Below are positions 19,008 to 28,410 of a DNA stretch of 64,000 bases, piece after piece. Within the stretch, counting starts at the first letter, position 1. Each line of letters opens with the position of its first letter. A program made the translations under genes and the position numbers. The notes under the pieces were generated by a model. That model ran no database searches and had not been told where the DNA came from. It saw nothing but the letters and a program-made list of their open reading frames with translations. Source of the DNA: Spirochaetes bacterium GWE1_32_154 (GTDB lineage: Bacteria > Spirochaetota > GWE2-31-10); contig MIAY01000010.1 of assembly GCA_001829315.1 (NCBI GenBank), positions 20,871 to 84,870 on the forward strand, given 5' to 3'.

Positions 19008-19166
19008 TTATTGCGCTTCAAATTCACTTTTACCGACACCGCAAAGAGGGCAAGTCCAATCATCAGGAATATCCTCAAATGCAGTTCCCGGTGCTATACC
19101 GCTATCCGGATCTCCAGCTTCAGGGTCATAAACATAACCGCAGGCAATACATACATATTTTTTCAT
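19008..19166 (-). CDS. Rubredoxin (second copy)
   Basis: Minus-strand 52-aa [22 protein letters not shown]...[11 protein letters not shown] with CxxCG and CPxCG motifs. Confidence 0.85.
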   Translation of the reverse strand: MKKYVCIACGYVYDPEAGDPDSGIAPGTAFEDIPDDWTCPLCGVGKSEFEAQ

Positions 19167-19182
19167 ATAATCCCCTTTATAA

Positions 19183-19758
19183 TTAGTAGTTTTCTGATTT
19201 TAGAGCAAAATGAGCTTGAGGGTGCTGGCAAGTCGGGCAAATCTTTGGTGCTTCAGTTCCTGTGTGAACATGACCGCATCGGTCGCAAACCCATTTAGCC
19301 GGAGCATCACTTTTAAACACTTCACCTTTTTCAACTTTTGCAAGTAATCGTAAATATCTTTCTTCGTGTTCTTTTTCAATCTTTGAGATTAATCTCCATA
19401 ATGCAGCAGCTTCTTTAAAACCTTCTTTCTCAGCGATATCAGCAAATTTAGGATATAATTCTGTATGCTCCTCATGTTCACCCATTGCTGATGCTTTTAG
19501 ATTTTCTGCAGTAGTTCCAACTTTTCCGGCAGGATACATTGCTGTAATCTCAACACCGCCACCTTCTAACAGGCTGAAAAATCTTTTCGCATGCTGATAT
19601 TCATTTTCGGCTGTTTCCATAAATAATGTGGCTATAATTTCAAACCCTTCTTTTGATGCTTGTTTTGAAAACATGGTATATCTGTTTCTTGCTTGAGATT
19701 CACCTGCAAATGATTTTAATAAATTTTTTTCAGTTTCGCTGCCTTTAATAGATGCCAT
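19183..19758 (-). CDS. rbr: Rubrerythrin (diiron ferritin-like domain plus C-terminal rubredoxin-like domain)
   Basis: ExxH diiron motifs ([21 protein letters not shown]) and C-terminal CDRCGHV...CPTCQHP. Confidence 0.9.
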   Translation of the reverse strand: MASIKGSETEKNLLKSFAGESQARNRYTMFSKQASKEGFEIIATLFMETAENEYQHAKRFFSLLEGGGVEITAMYPAGKVGTTAENLKASAMGEHEEHTELYPKFADIAEKEGFKEAAALWRLISKIEKEHEERYLRLLAKVEKGEVFKSDAPAKWVCDRCGHVHTGTEAPKICPTCQHPQAHFALKSENY

Positions 19759-19793
19759 TAAATAATCCTCCTCATTATATTGTATAATTAAAA

Positions 19794-20291
19794 TTAATCT
19801 TTTGCTCTTTTTGACATCTGGTGATCGACCATCATTAATGTTGATGCTTTACCTTCAGTCATTTTTACCCATTCAACAAGTTGACTGGTATTTGCCTCTT
19901 CTTCAACTTGTTCATCAATAAACCATTTTAGAAAATTTGCAGATGCATAATCTTTTTCTGAAAGTGAAGTTTCATATAGCTTTGTAATTAAAGATGTTAC
20001 CAGTAATTCATGTTTATATGCTTCCTCGACAATTTCAAGTGTATTTTTAAAATCAGCTTTCGGGGCATTTATTGTTTTAAGTGTAATTTTTCCGCCTCTT
20101 TCAAGAACGAATTTATACATTTTCATAGCATGTTCAACTTCTTCCTGAGCTTGTATGGTAAACCACGAAGCAAAACCTGTTAAATTATTTGCTGAGAAAT
20201 AAGCTGACATAGATAAATATAAATATGATGAAAACAATTCAGCGTTTATTTGTTCATTAAAAGCATTTTCAATTGATTTAGAAATTGTCAT
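19794..20291 (-). CDS. Ferritin-like iron-storage protein (bacterial non-heme ferritin)
   Basis: 165 aa. Ferroxidase-centre pattern (YLYLSMSAYF, EEVEHAMKMY, EQVEEE). Confidence 0.75.
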   Translation of the reverse strand: MTISKSIENAFNEQINAELFSSYLYLSMSAYFSANNLTGFASWFTIQAQEEVEHAMKMYKFVLERGGKITLKTINAPKADFKNTLEIVEEAYKHELLVTSLITKLYETSLSEKDYASANFLKWFIDEQVEEEANTSQLVEWVKMTEGKASTLMMVDHQMSKRAKD

Positions 20292-20305
20292 AATAGACTC
20301 CTTTT

Positions 20306-20689
20306 TTAATTAGTGGCAGACCATAAACCATGTAAATTACAATATTCCCGTGCCGTGATTTTGCTTGCTTCAGTTTTAAATTGTGCAACAGGTTTTTCAC
20401 CCGGTTTTAAAATTGCTCTTAAAACAGTTGTATCGGTTATAAGTTCAATAAATTCAATAAAATGCTCTGGCGTCATAGGATGTTCAACTGCTCCTACTGT
20501 TACTTTATAACCACCATCAATTTTTTCAATAACAGGCACATGTTTTTCTTTTGCAGCGTCTTTTGTGTTTTCTGTATAAAGTTTCATTTCTTCACCACAG
20601 CAGACTAGAGTTCCGGCACTTGCATGAACCATTTCTACAATATTACCGCATTTTTCACACTTGTAAATCTCGTTAAGTTTTGTTGCCAT
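20306..20689 (-). CDS. dfx: Desulfoferrodoxin (2Fe superoxide reductase)
   Basis: N-terminal desulforedoxin-like CEKCGN...VCCG, and neelaredoxin centre HVPVIEK ... EHPMTPEH ... CNLHGLW. The start is set at the MATKLNE ATG, with AGGAG 6 nt upstream. Confidence 0.85.
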   Translation of the reverse strand: MATKLNEIYKCEKCGNIVEMVHASAGTLVCCGEEMKLYTENTKDAAKEKHVPVIEKIDGGYKVTVGAVEHPMTPEHFIEFIELITDTTVLRAILKPGEKPVAQFKTEASKITAREYCNLHGLWSATN

Positions 20690-21098
20690 TTTCATCTCCT
20701 TTTTTTTTAATACATAAAGCACATATTCCGGTATAGTATATATGCTTTTCTGATATCTGAAAATTTTCAATTGAACTAATGTCAATTTTTATTTCAGAGA
20801 TCGGAAAATCATAGATTGCACCACATTCTAAACATTTGAAATGACCATGAAATTCTGTATCAGCATCATAGCGTATTTCATTATTATCGATGATTACTTG
20901 AATGAGTTGTTTTTCTCTCAATAACGCAAGAGTATTATAAACAGTTGTTTTTGACAAAGTTGGAATTTGATTAACAAGGTTCTGGAAAATTGTATCAACA
21001 GAGGGGTGAATCTTATTTTTTAAAAGATACTCAAGAATTTGAATTCGTTGTTGCGAAGGTGATACCCCTTTACTTTTTAACAAATCAATTGTTCTCAT
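20673..21098 (-). CDS. Fur-family metalloregulator, PerR-like (peroxide-stress repressor)
   Basis: Fur-family winged helix-turn-helix ([20 protein letters not shown]) and C-terminal [10 protein letters not shown]...CALC metal site. Sits at the head of the oxidative-stress gene block. Confidence 0.8.
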   Translation of the reverse strand: MRTIDLLKSKGVSPSQQRIQILEYLLKNKIHPSVDTIFQNLVNQIPTLSKTTVYNTLALLREKQLIQVIIDNNEIRYDADTEFHGHFKCLECGAIYDFPISEIKIDISSIENFQISEKHIYYTGICALCIKKKGDENGNKT

Positions 21099-21178
21099 TG
21101 TTCCTCATTTTGTAATCATTACAAATTTATAATAATACCAAATTAACTAAAAGTCAAGTGTATTTTTATAATTTAATT

Positions 21179-22138
21179 TTATTCCAAATCATCCATTATC
21201 ATTTCTTTTGAATCTTCTTCATCAAAAACTGCCTGAGGAAATTCTGAATAATTAATTAATCTCTCTGCTATATTTAAAAGTCCGGTAACCCATTTGGAAT
21301 CAGTCATTTTTTCTGCGATAGGAACTCTGTTATTTAAGCAATCTTCGATTAAAGGTTCATATGGTAAAATGCCAAGATATTCCATATCAAAACCAAGATT
21401 TTTATGAACTATCATTCTTAAGTTTTCACCAAGATTTATATCATTTTTTGAGTGTCCCATATTGAGAACAAATTTTGGATAGAAATCTTTTGTTGCTTTT
21501 GTTAACGCTTCTTCTTTATCGGGAAAGTCTTTTTTTAGAAGTCGAATAAATTCTATGAGACGAAAGTCATCTTTTTCCAGCCTTAAATTAGCAGCATCTG
21601 CTAATTTTTCTCTAATAATATCACCTTTTTTAAATGATTGAAAAATAAAGCGGTAATATGCATTTTTTAAGAACGAATACAAATTTAGTACCGATGTAAC
21701 TTCGGGAACCCCAATCATTATGCCTACCGGTGAGATGGTATAAAAGTCAATTGTATTAGCAGATGTTCCTGCACCTAAATCAAGTAAAACCCAATCTGCA
21801 TCTATGGCGGATAAACCTTTAATAATCTGTTTTTTTCTAAAATATTGTAAATTGGCAGTTCCGACAAATAATGCATCACCTGGAATAAAATGTAAGTTTT
21901 TGTATTTTGTTTCATGAATAATATCATTAAAAGTTAATTCTTTATTATTAATAAAGTGTCCGATGCCTGACATGTCATTTTTTATGCCAAGAACAGTATG
22001 CATATTACTTCCGCCAAGATCTAAATCCACTATAACGACTTTTTCGCCTTTTGATGCCAATATTATTCCAAGGTTTGCAGTAAAAACGGTTTTTCCAACA
22101 CCACCTTTGCCTGATGCAATTGGTAAAATCTTAGCCAT
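21179..22138 (-). CDS. MinD/ParA-superfamily P-loop ATPase with about 70-aa C-terminal extension, function unknown
   Basis: Deviant Walker A SGKGGVGKT, Walker B LLDLGAG. No CxxC motifs, so it is not Mrp/ApbC-like. Monocistronic, divergent from the activase gene. Confidence 0.65.
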   Translation of the reverse strand: MAKILPIASGKGGVGKTVFTANLGIILASKGEKVVIVDLDLGGSNMHTVLGIKNDMSGIGHFINNKELTFNDIIHETKYKNLHFIPGDALFVGTANLQYFRKKQIIKGLSAIDADWVLLDLGAGTSANTIDFYTISPVGIMIGVPEVTSVLNLYSFLKNAYYRFIFQSFKKGDIIREKLADAANLRLEKDDFRLIEFIRLLKKDFPDKEEALTKATKDFYPKFVLNMGHSKNDINLGENLRMIVHKNLGFDMEYLGILPYEPLIEDCLNNRVPIAEKMTDSKWVTGLLNIAERLINYSEFPQAVFDEEDSKEMIMDDLE

Positions 22139-22326
22139 ACCAACTCCTTTCTTTTTTTATATTTTGATAATAGTATATTTTGAAAAAAAAAACATTAATA
22201 TATAAAAAAAATCTTGACTTTAAATTGTTTTGAGTCTATTTGTTTTATTTACTATTATAAAATTGATTCTCTCTCTTCTGTTTATCTCAAGAAATTAGAA
22301 TCTATTTACCATGAAGGAATAATCAC

Positions 22327-25300
22327 ATGAAAACAATCGGTATTTGTGCTGGTGCGTCAACTGTATCAGCTGTTGAACTTGAAATTAATGGAAAATCAGT
22401 AAAACAATTAGCTCAGAAAACTATTTTCCATGATGGAGATTCTCAAAAAGGTATTATTGAGATTCTAAAAGAAATGAAACCTGAAAATGTTGATCGGGTT
22501 GTAATAACCGGAAGAAAATATAAAAACTTTGTTAATTTAACAACAATTACTGAACCTGAGGCAGTTGAATATGCTACTGCACAGCTAATTACCGATAAAT
22601 CAAAATATAATGCATTAGTGAGTGCCGGTGGTGAAACTATACTTGTTTATCAATTAAATAATCAGGGCAAAATACATAATGTTTTCACAGGTAATAAATG
22701 TGCATCAGGAACAGGTTCTTTTTTTCTTCAGCAATTAGGCAGAATGGCACTTGATATAGATGATATTATCGATAAAGAATATGATGAGGAAAGTGCTTAT
22801 ACTATTTCAGGACGATGTTCAGTATTTTGTAAATCAGATTGTACACACGCTTTAAATAAAGGTGTTGTTAAGGATAATGTCGTTGCCGGTCTTTGCAGGA
22901 TGATGTCATTAAAAATAACAGAGTTAATTACATCGCTTGATAAGAAAAATATCATATTAACCGGTGGTATTTCAAAAATTAAACCAATTACTCACTATAT
23001 AAAAGATTCAGTTGATTCATTGTTTATTCCCGAACAATCTTCTTATTATGAAGCTTATGGTGCTGCTATGTGGGCATCTCAGAATGAAACTCAAGCTTTC
23101 CCCGGATATGAAAACCTTTTTAAAGAAGAACCGACTTCTTTCGAATTTTTAAAACCTTTAAACACAGCAGAGTCTCTTGTTGAATTTAAAGAAAAAAAGA
23201 GAGATGTTGCTGTTGATGGTGATATTTGTATTCTTGGTGTTGATATCGGGTCAACAACAACCAAAGCTGTATTATTGAGAAAATCTGATGACGCAATTCT
23301 GGCTTCATGTTATTTACGAACATCAGGAGATCCGATCGGTGCTGCTAAAAACTGTTATATAGAAATAGAAAAACAATTAAATGGCAAAAAAGTAACTATA
23401 ATCGGGCTTGGAACAACCGGATCAGGTCGTCATATTGTCGGTCTTCATGCTCTTACTGATTCAATTTTTAATGAAATTATATGCCATGCAACAGCAAGTA
23501 TTTATTTTGATCCTGAGGTTGATACTATTTTTGAAATAGGCGGACAGGATGCAAAATATACGTATATCACTCAGGGAATTCCCTCTGATTATGCAATGAA
23601 TGAAGCGTGTTCAGCCGGAACGGGAAGTTTTCTTGAAGAGGCTGCTAAAGAAGCCTTGAATATTGATGTTGCTGAAATATCAGATATTGCTTTAAAATCA
23701 AGTCAACCACCTAATTTTAATGATCAATGTTCTGCATTTATATCTTCTGATATTGCCACAGCATTTCAGGAAGGTCTTAATAAAACTGATATAGTAGCCG
23801 GACTTGTATATTCAATCTGTCTTAATTATAATAACCGTGTTCGTGGTGCAAGACCGATTGGTAAAAAGATTTTTATGCAAGGCGGAGTTTGTTATAATAA
23901 AGCTGTTCCTTATGCAATGGCAACATTGTTAAATACAAAAATAATAGTACCACCGGAACCGGGTTTAATGGGGGCTTTTGGTTGTGCGTATGAAATTAAA
24001 AAAAGATTGGAAAAAGGTCTGATGGTTGAAAGTTCATTTGATCTTCATACATTATATTCAAGAGCTATATCGTATGGAAAACCATTTGTATGTAATGGCG
24101 GGAAAGAAAAATGTGATAGAAAATGTTCGATAAGTATGATGCATGTTGAGGCTGAAAAAATTCCTTTTGGCGGCGCTTGTAACAAATATTATAATGAACG
24201 ATTAAAATTAAACTATGATACAGAGAAACTTGATTTAGTTGCACTTCGTGATAAAATGCTCTTTGTCGATTTTGTTAAACCATCAGGAAATGTTAAAGAT
24301 GGTGCAAAAACCATTGGTATAAGCAGATCATTTTTGACTAATATGTTATATCCATTGTATTTTAATTTCTGGGATCAACTTGGTTATAAAGTTGTATTAT
24401 CTGATGATGTAACAGAGTCAGGTCGTGAGAAAAGGAAAGCTGCATTCTGTTTTCCTGCTGAAATCGCCCATGGAGCATTTGATAATTTGTTGTCCAAAAA
24501 TACTGATTATATTTTTATGCCTCATGTAATGCATATTCCGGTAACAGGAAGTAATGAGAATAATAAAGCCTGTGTATTTGTTCAGGGGGAACCATATTAT
24601 TTGAAACAGGCATTTAAAGATAGAACGCTTCCCGAGTTGTTAGTTCCTATTATTGACTTTCAGGAACATGTAAGTTCAACAAAAAGTGAGTTTATTAAAA
24701 TAGCTCAAGGGGTTGGTGCTAAAAAATCAGATGCTGCTAAAGCATTCAAATTTGCGTATGATCAGATGAGTGCTTTTTTTCATAAATCATGGGAAATTGG
24801 TGCTGAAGTGCTGAAAGAATTAGAACAAAATCCTGATGAATTCGGTATTGTTCTTATGGGGCGATGGTATAATGCTCTTGCAAGAGAAGCAAATATGTCT
24901 ATTCCTCATAAAATTGCATCACGGGGTATTCGGGTTATTCCTTATGATTTTCTACCGTATGAGACTAAAAAGTCAAATACATATATGCATTGGGGAATTG
25001 GAAAGACGGCGATTCAGGTTTCAAAAAGGGTTAAAGATCATCCTCAATTATTTGCAACGTATGTTACAAACTTCTCGTGTGGTCCTGATTCTTTTATTGT
25101 TCCATATTTTAGAGAAGAAATGGAGAGAAAACCATCGTTGACTCTTGAGCTTGACAGTCATACAGCTGATGTAGGTTTAAATACCCGTATTGAAGCCGCT
25201 ATTGATATAATTAAATATTACAGACAGCTTGAATTAAAGCATGTAAAAGAAACATCTGATTTTGTACCGGCAGAAACAGTTCATAAAGGTACAAAAGTTT

Positions 25301-26625
25301 TCTTTAAAGATTCAAAAGGTAAATTAGTTGATTTTAAAGACCCGAGTGTTACGTTTTTATTTCCGGTTATGGGGCGTTTTTTGACCGAAGGTGGAGTCTC
25401 TGCACTTAAGAAAGATGGCTTTCATGCAGATATGGTTAGTTATCCTGATTCAGAGTCATTGGCTACGGGTAAGGCAAATTCCGGTTGTAAAGAGTGTTTA
25501 CCGTATATCGTTTTAGTAGGTTCTTTAATGGATTATGTTACCAATAGAAAGAAGCCCGGTGAGAAAGTTGCCTTTTTTATAGTTGGTGATCCTGCTCCGT
25601 GCCGTGTTGAGCAATATCAGGTCGGGTTTAAAAAACTCATTGAAAAGAATAAAATTGAAGACGTTGCTGTACATACTCTAAGCTCAACAGAGGGGTTTGC
25701 CGGAATGGGACTTGCGCCATTATTAAATGTATGGAAAGCAATGTGTATTGCAGATGTGATGGAGCAGATTTATGCAGCCGTTTTAACTCTTGCAAAAGAC
25801 AGAGTAAAGGCACTTGAAATATTTGATGCGGAATGGGAAAATATAAAGCGGAATCTTGAAGGTAGAGAAAAGATTTCTTTAAATAAAAGATTTAAACTTA
25901 CTTCAGAGGCTTTACGTAAGATAGAGGTAACAAAACCTATTCATGAAGCGATGAAAGTCACTATTACAGGTGAAATGTACGTAAGAAGTGAACAATTCTG
26001 CCGACAGGACATCGAGTTGACATTGGCAAATATGGGGTTAGTTGCCAAAATTACTCCATTAATGGAGTGGTTGTATTATGTTGATTATGTTCAGAATAAA
26101 AACTACGGTAATGAGAAATTTTCAATTTGGAAAAGAGCTTTTTTTGGTATTAAACGATATGTTCAACATTCAATTGAAAGACAAGTTAAGAGCAGTTTTA
26201 AAGATCATCCTTTGTATGAGTATGATCCTATTAACATTAAAGAAACCATCGAGACTGCAAATCCATTGATTAATCCAAAACTCATTGGTGATATCGGGTT
26301 AACTATCGGAGGCGGTTTAAAAGAAAGTCTTCATGAGTCATGCGGTGTTATTTCTTTAGGACCCTTTGCTTGTCTGCAAACAAGAGTTGCTGAAGCAATA
26401 TTAAAAAATAATATGACACTGGGTGATAAACTTGAAGTGTCAAACAGAACTGTTTTCGGCGATTCGGTAAATGAAATGGATAAGAGTATGGTTTTACCAT
26501 ATCTTGCTATTGAATCTGACGGAAATCCTTATCCGCAAATAATTCAGGCTCAGCTTGAAGTATTTGGTTTACAGGCAAAACGAATCGGTGAAAAAATGAA
26601 TGAATTTAAACAAAAAAAATCATAG
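22327..26625 (+). CDS. Giant fusion protein: two BadF/BadG/BcrA/BcrD-type ATPase (activase) modules plus 2-hydroxyglutaryl-CoA-dehydratase-D-like domain ('CoA-substrate-specific enzyme activase' family)
   Basis: 1432 aa. Repeated acetate/sugar-kinase-fold ATPase motifs (GIDIGSTTTKAVLL, GTTGSGR) with Cys pairs for a bridging [4Fe-4S] cluster. The C-terminal half resembles HgdB/DUF2229. Confidence 0.8.
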   Translation: MKTIGICAGASTVSAVELEINGKSVKQLAQKTIFHDGDSQKGIIEILKEMKPENVDRVVITGRKYKNFVNLTTITEPEAVEYATAQLITDKSKYNALVSAGGETILVYQLNNQGKIHNVFTGNKCASGTGSFFLQQLGRMALDIDDIIDKEYDEESAYTISGRCSVFCKSDCTHALNKGVVKDNVVAGLCRMMSLKITELITSLDKKNIILTGGISKIKPITHYIKDSVDSLFIPEQSSYYEAYGAAMWASQNETQAFPGYENLFKEEPTSFEFLKPLNTAESLVEFKEKKRDVAVDGDICILGVDIGSTTTKAVLLRKSDDAILASCYLRTSGDPIGAAKNCYIEIEKQLNGKKVTIIGLGTTGSGRHIVGLHALTDSIFNEIICHATASIYFDPEVDTIFEIGGQDAKYTYITQGIPSDYAMNEACSAGTGSFLEEAAKEALNIDVAEISDIALKSSQPPNFNDQCSAFISSDIATAFQEGLNKTDIVAGLVYSICLNYNNRVRGARPIGKKIFMQGGVCYNKAVPYAMATLLNTKIIVPPEPGLMGAFGCAYEIKKRLEKGLMVESSFDLHTLYSRAISYGKPFVCNGGKEKCDRKCSISMMHVEAEKIPFGGACNKYYNERLKLNYDTEKLDLVALRDKMLFVDFVKPSGNVKDGAKTIGISRSFLTNMLYPLYFNFWDQLGYKVVLSDDVTESGREKRKAAFCFPAEIAHGAFDNLLSKNTDYIFMPHVMHIPVTGSNENNKACVFVQGEPYYLKQAFKDRTLPELLVPIIDFQEHVSSTKSEFIKIAQGVGAKKSDAAKAFKFAYDQMSAFFHKSWEIGAEVLKELEQNPDEFGIVLMGRWYNALAREANMSIPHKIASRGIRVIPYDFLPYETKKSNTYMHWGIGKTAIQVSKRVKDHPQLFATYVTNFSCGPDSFIVPYFREEMERKPSLTLELDSHTADVGLNTRIEAAIDIIKYYRQLELKHVKETSDFVPAETVHKGTKVFFKDSKGKLVDFKDPSVTFLFPVMGRFLTEGGVSALKKDGFHADMVSYPDSESLATGKANSGCKECLPYIVLVGSLMDYVTNRKKPGEKVAFFIVGDPAPCRVEQYQVGFKKLIEKNKIEDVAVHTLSSTEGFAGMGLAPLLNVWKAMCIADVMEQIYAAVLTLAKDRVKALEIFDAEWENIKRNLEGREKISLNKRFKLTSEALRKIEVTKPIHEAMKVTITGEMYVRSEQFCRQDIELTLANMGLVAKITPLMEWLYYVDYVQNKNYGNEKFSIWKRAFFGIKRYVQHSIERQVKSSFKDHPLYEYDPINIKETIETANPLINPKLIGDIGLTIGGGLKESLHESCGVISLGPFACLQTRVAEAILKNNMTLGDKLEVSNRTVFGDSVNEMDKSMVLPYLAIESDGNPYPQIIQAQLEVFGLQAKRIGEKMNEFKQKKS

Positions 26626-26727
26626 TTTTTTTGGAGAATATCCGGTTATTATTTATTATTTTACGATAAAAGCATTGACATTTTTTATTGTATACGATAA
26701 ATTACACTCATTCTTTGGGGGTTTTAA

Positions 26728-26886
26728 ATGAAAAAATTATTTATTGTTTTAGCAGTTGCAACGTCTTTAATGATTACTGTTGCAGGATGCAAAAAAAGTA
26801 CTACTGCTGAAGTAACTACTACACCTACAGTTGTTGAAGCAACTACAGATGTTATTGTAGATGCTACTGCAGATGCTGCTAAATAA
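26728..26886 (+). CDS. Small Thr/Ala/Val-rich lipoprotein (52 aa)
   Basis: MKKLFIVLAVATSLMITVAGC lipobox. Below the ORF-track length cutoff. Followed by a strong terminator. Confidence 0.45.
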   Translation: MKKLFIVLAVATSLMITVAGCKKSTTAEVTTTPTVVEATTDVIVDATADAAK

Positions 26887-26906
26887 TTAAACATTAATTA
26901 TTTGCA

Positions 26907-26941
26907 AAAGCTGTCTCATAAATGGGACAGCTTTTTTTTTA
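26907..26941 (+). terminator. Rho-independent terminator (agctgtc-N10-gacagct followed by T10)
   Basis: 7-bp stem and a long T-run, 21 nt after the small lipoprotein stop. Confidence 0.7.
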
Positions 26942-26989
26942 TCAAGCGCTTTCAAATAATTAAATTGCCTCGAATATACTACATTATTT

Positions 26990-28387
26990 ATGTGGAGTTT
27001 CATTATGGTTATACTCGATGATCTTAAAAATATTGATATACTAAAGCTATTAGAAACTGATAAAGAACAATTACTTCAACAGTTAGATGAGCTTCCCGCA
27101 GCAGAAATTAAAGATTTAATACATGGTTTGGAATATGAAGAACAGTTACTTATTATAAGACTTTTTAATAGGGAAAAGCAGGGGGAAGTTGTAACTGAGC
27201 TCGGTCTTGATATACAAATGTGGTTATTTAATAACACGCAAATTTATGAATTTGCCCGGATATTTACTCATTTATCTTCTGATATTCGAGCTGATATATT
27301 TCAAAATCTTGAAAAAGATGAACAATCCCGATTATTACCCTATCTTGATAAAAAAACGAGAGTCGATGTTATTAATTTAAGTTCATACCATCCTGAAACT
27401 GCAGGTGGGATTATGATAACAGATTTTGCTGATATTATGCAAAAAATGACTGTTCAGGAAGCACTTGAAAAGATCAGAAAAGATTCGCCATCCAAAAAAA
27501 TGATTTATTATATATATGTTGTTGATAAAGAAATGAAACTTCTCGGCTTTGTAACATTAAAAGATTTGATTATGAGTGAGCCAGGAATTAGTATTGAAGA
27601 TATTTTACATGATAATTATATTTATGCTGAAGCAGATGAGGATAGAGAATCTGTTGCACATAAAATTGAGAAATATGATCTTATTGCAATTCCGGTAATA
27701 AATCCATTACATCAGTTATTAGGCATTGTTACCCATGATGATGCTATTGAAGTTATTCGTGCAGAACAGACTGAGGATATGGAAAAAATAATGGGTATTA
27801 ATCATAGTAATGAAGGTGTTACCTATATGGATTCATCATCATTTGAGCATTTTAAAAAAAGAATCTGGTGGATTATGTCACTTTCAATTGTCGGTATAAT
27901 TTCCGGCATGATTATTCATAAATTTGAGACTACTCTTGAAAAGCTTATAATCCTTGCTTTGTATATGCCTATGGTTGCTGATACAGGCGGGAATATCGGC
28001 AGTCAGTCCGCAACTGTTGTTATTCGAGCATTGGCTCTTGGTCATATAAGTTTAAAGGACTGGTTTTTAGTCGTATGGAAAGAATTGCGAATTGCATTAA
28101 TGATATCATGTATTATAGGTGGAATTGCTTTTCTAAAAGTTATGTTTCTTTCTTATGAAACAACTATTCCATCTCAGTTTACTATTATTTCAATTGCTTT
28201 TGTTATATCGTTAGCATTAAGTTTTCAGGCGATTAGTTCTGCCGTTATTGGTGCACTTCTTCCGTTAATGGTAAAGTTTTTCGGAGGAGATCCTGCCGTT
28301 GCTGCCAGTCCGGCAATAACTACTATTGTCGATATTACAGGTCTTTTGATTTATTTTACAACAGCGACAATAATATTAGGGGTATAA
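26990..28387 (+). CDS. mgtE: Magnesium transporter MgtE (N-terminal domain, tandem CBS, 5 TM)
   Basis: CBS pair (MIYYIYVVDKEMKLLGFVTLKDLI, IAIPVINPLHQLLGIVTHDD). TM region contains the MgtE pore motif PMVADTGGNIGSQSAT. Confidence 0.85.
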   Translation: MWSFIMVILDDLKNIDILKLLETDKEQLLQQLDELPAAEIKDLIHGLEYEEQLLIIRLFNREKQGEVVTELGLDIQMWLFNNTQIYEFARIFTHLSSDIRADIFQNLEKDEQSRLLPYLDKKTRVDVINLSSYHPETAGGIMITDFADIMQKMTVQEALEKIRKDSPSKKMIYYIYVVDKEMKLLGFVTLKDLIMSEPGISIEDILHDNYIYAEADEDRESVAHKIEKYDLIAIPVINPLHQLLGIVTHDDAIEVIRAEQTEDMEKIMGINHSNEGVTYMDSSSFEHFKKRIWWIMSLSIVGIISGMIIHKFETTLEKLIILALYMPMVADTGGNIGSQSATVVIRALALGHISLKDWFLVVWKELRIALMISCIIGGIAFLKVMFLSYETTIPSQFTIISIAFVISLALSFQAISSAVIGALLPLMVKFFGGDPAVAASPAITTIVDITGLLIYFTTATIILGV

Positions 28388-28410
28388 TTGTAAAGGTGAT
28401 CTATTGAGCC

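Noticed and set aside
18788-19298. Plus-strand ORFs 18788-18976 and 19011-19298 from the ORF track.
   Set aside because: The minus strand here encodes two textbook rubredoxins with CxxCG...CPxC motifs and good starts. The plus-strand ORFs are artefacts.
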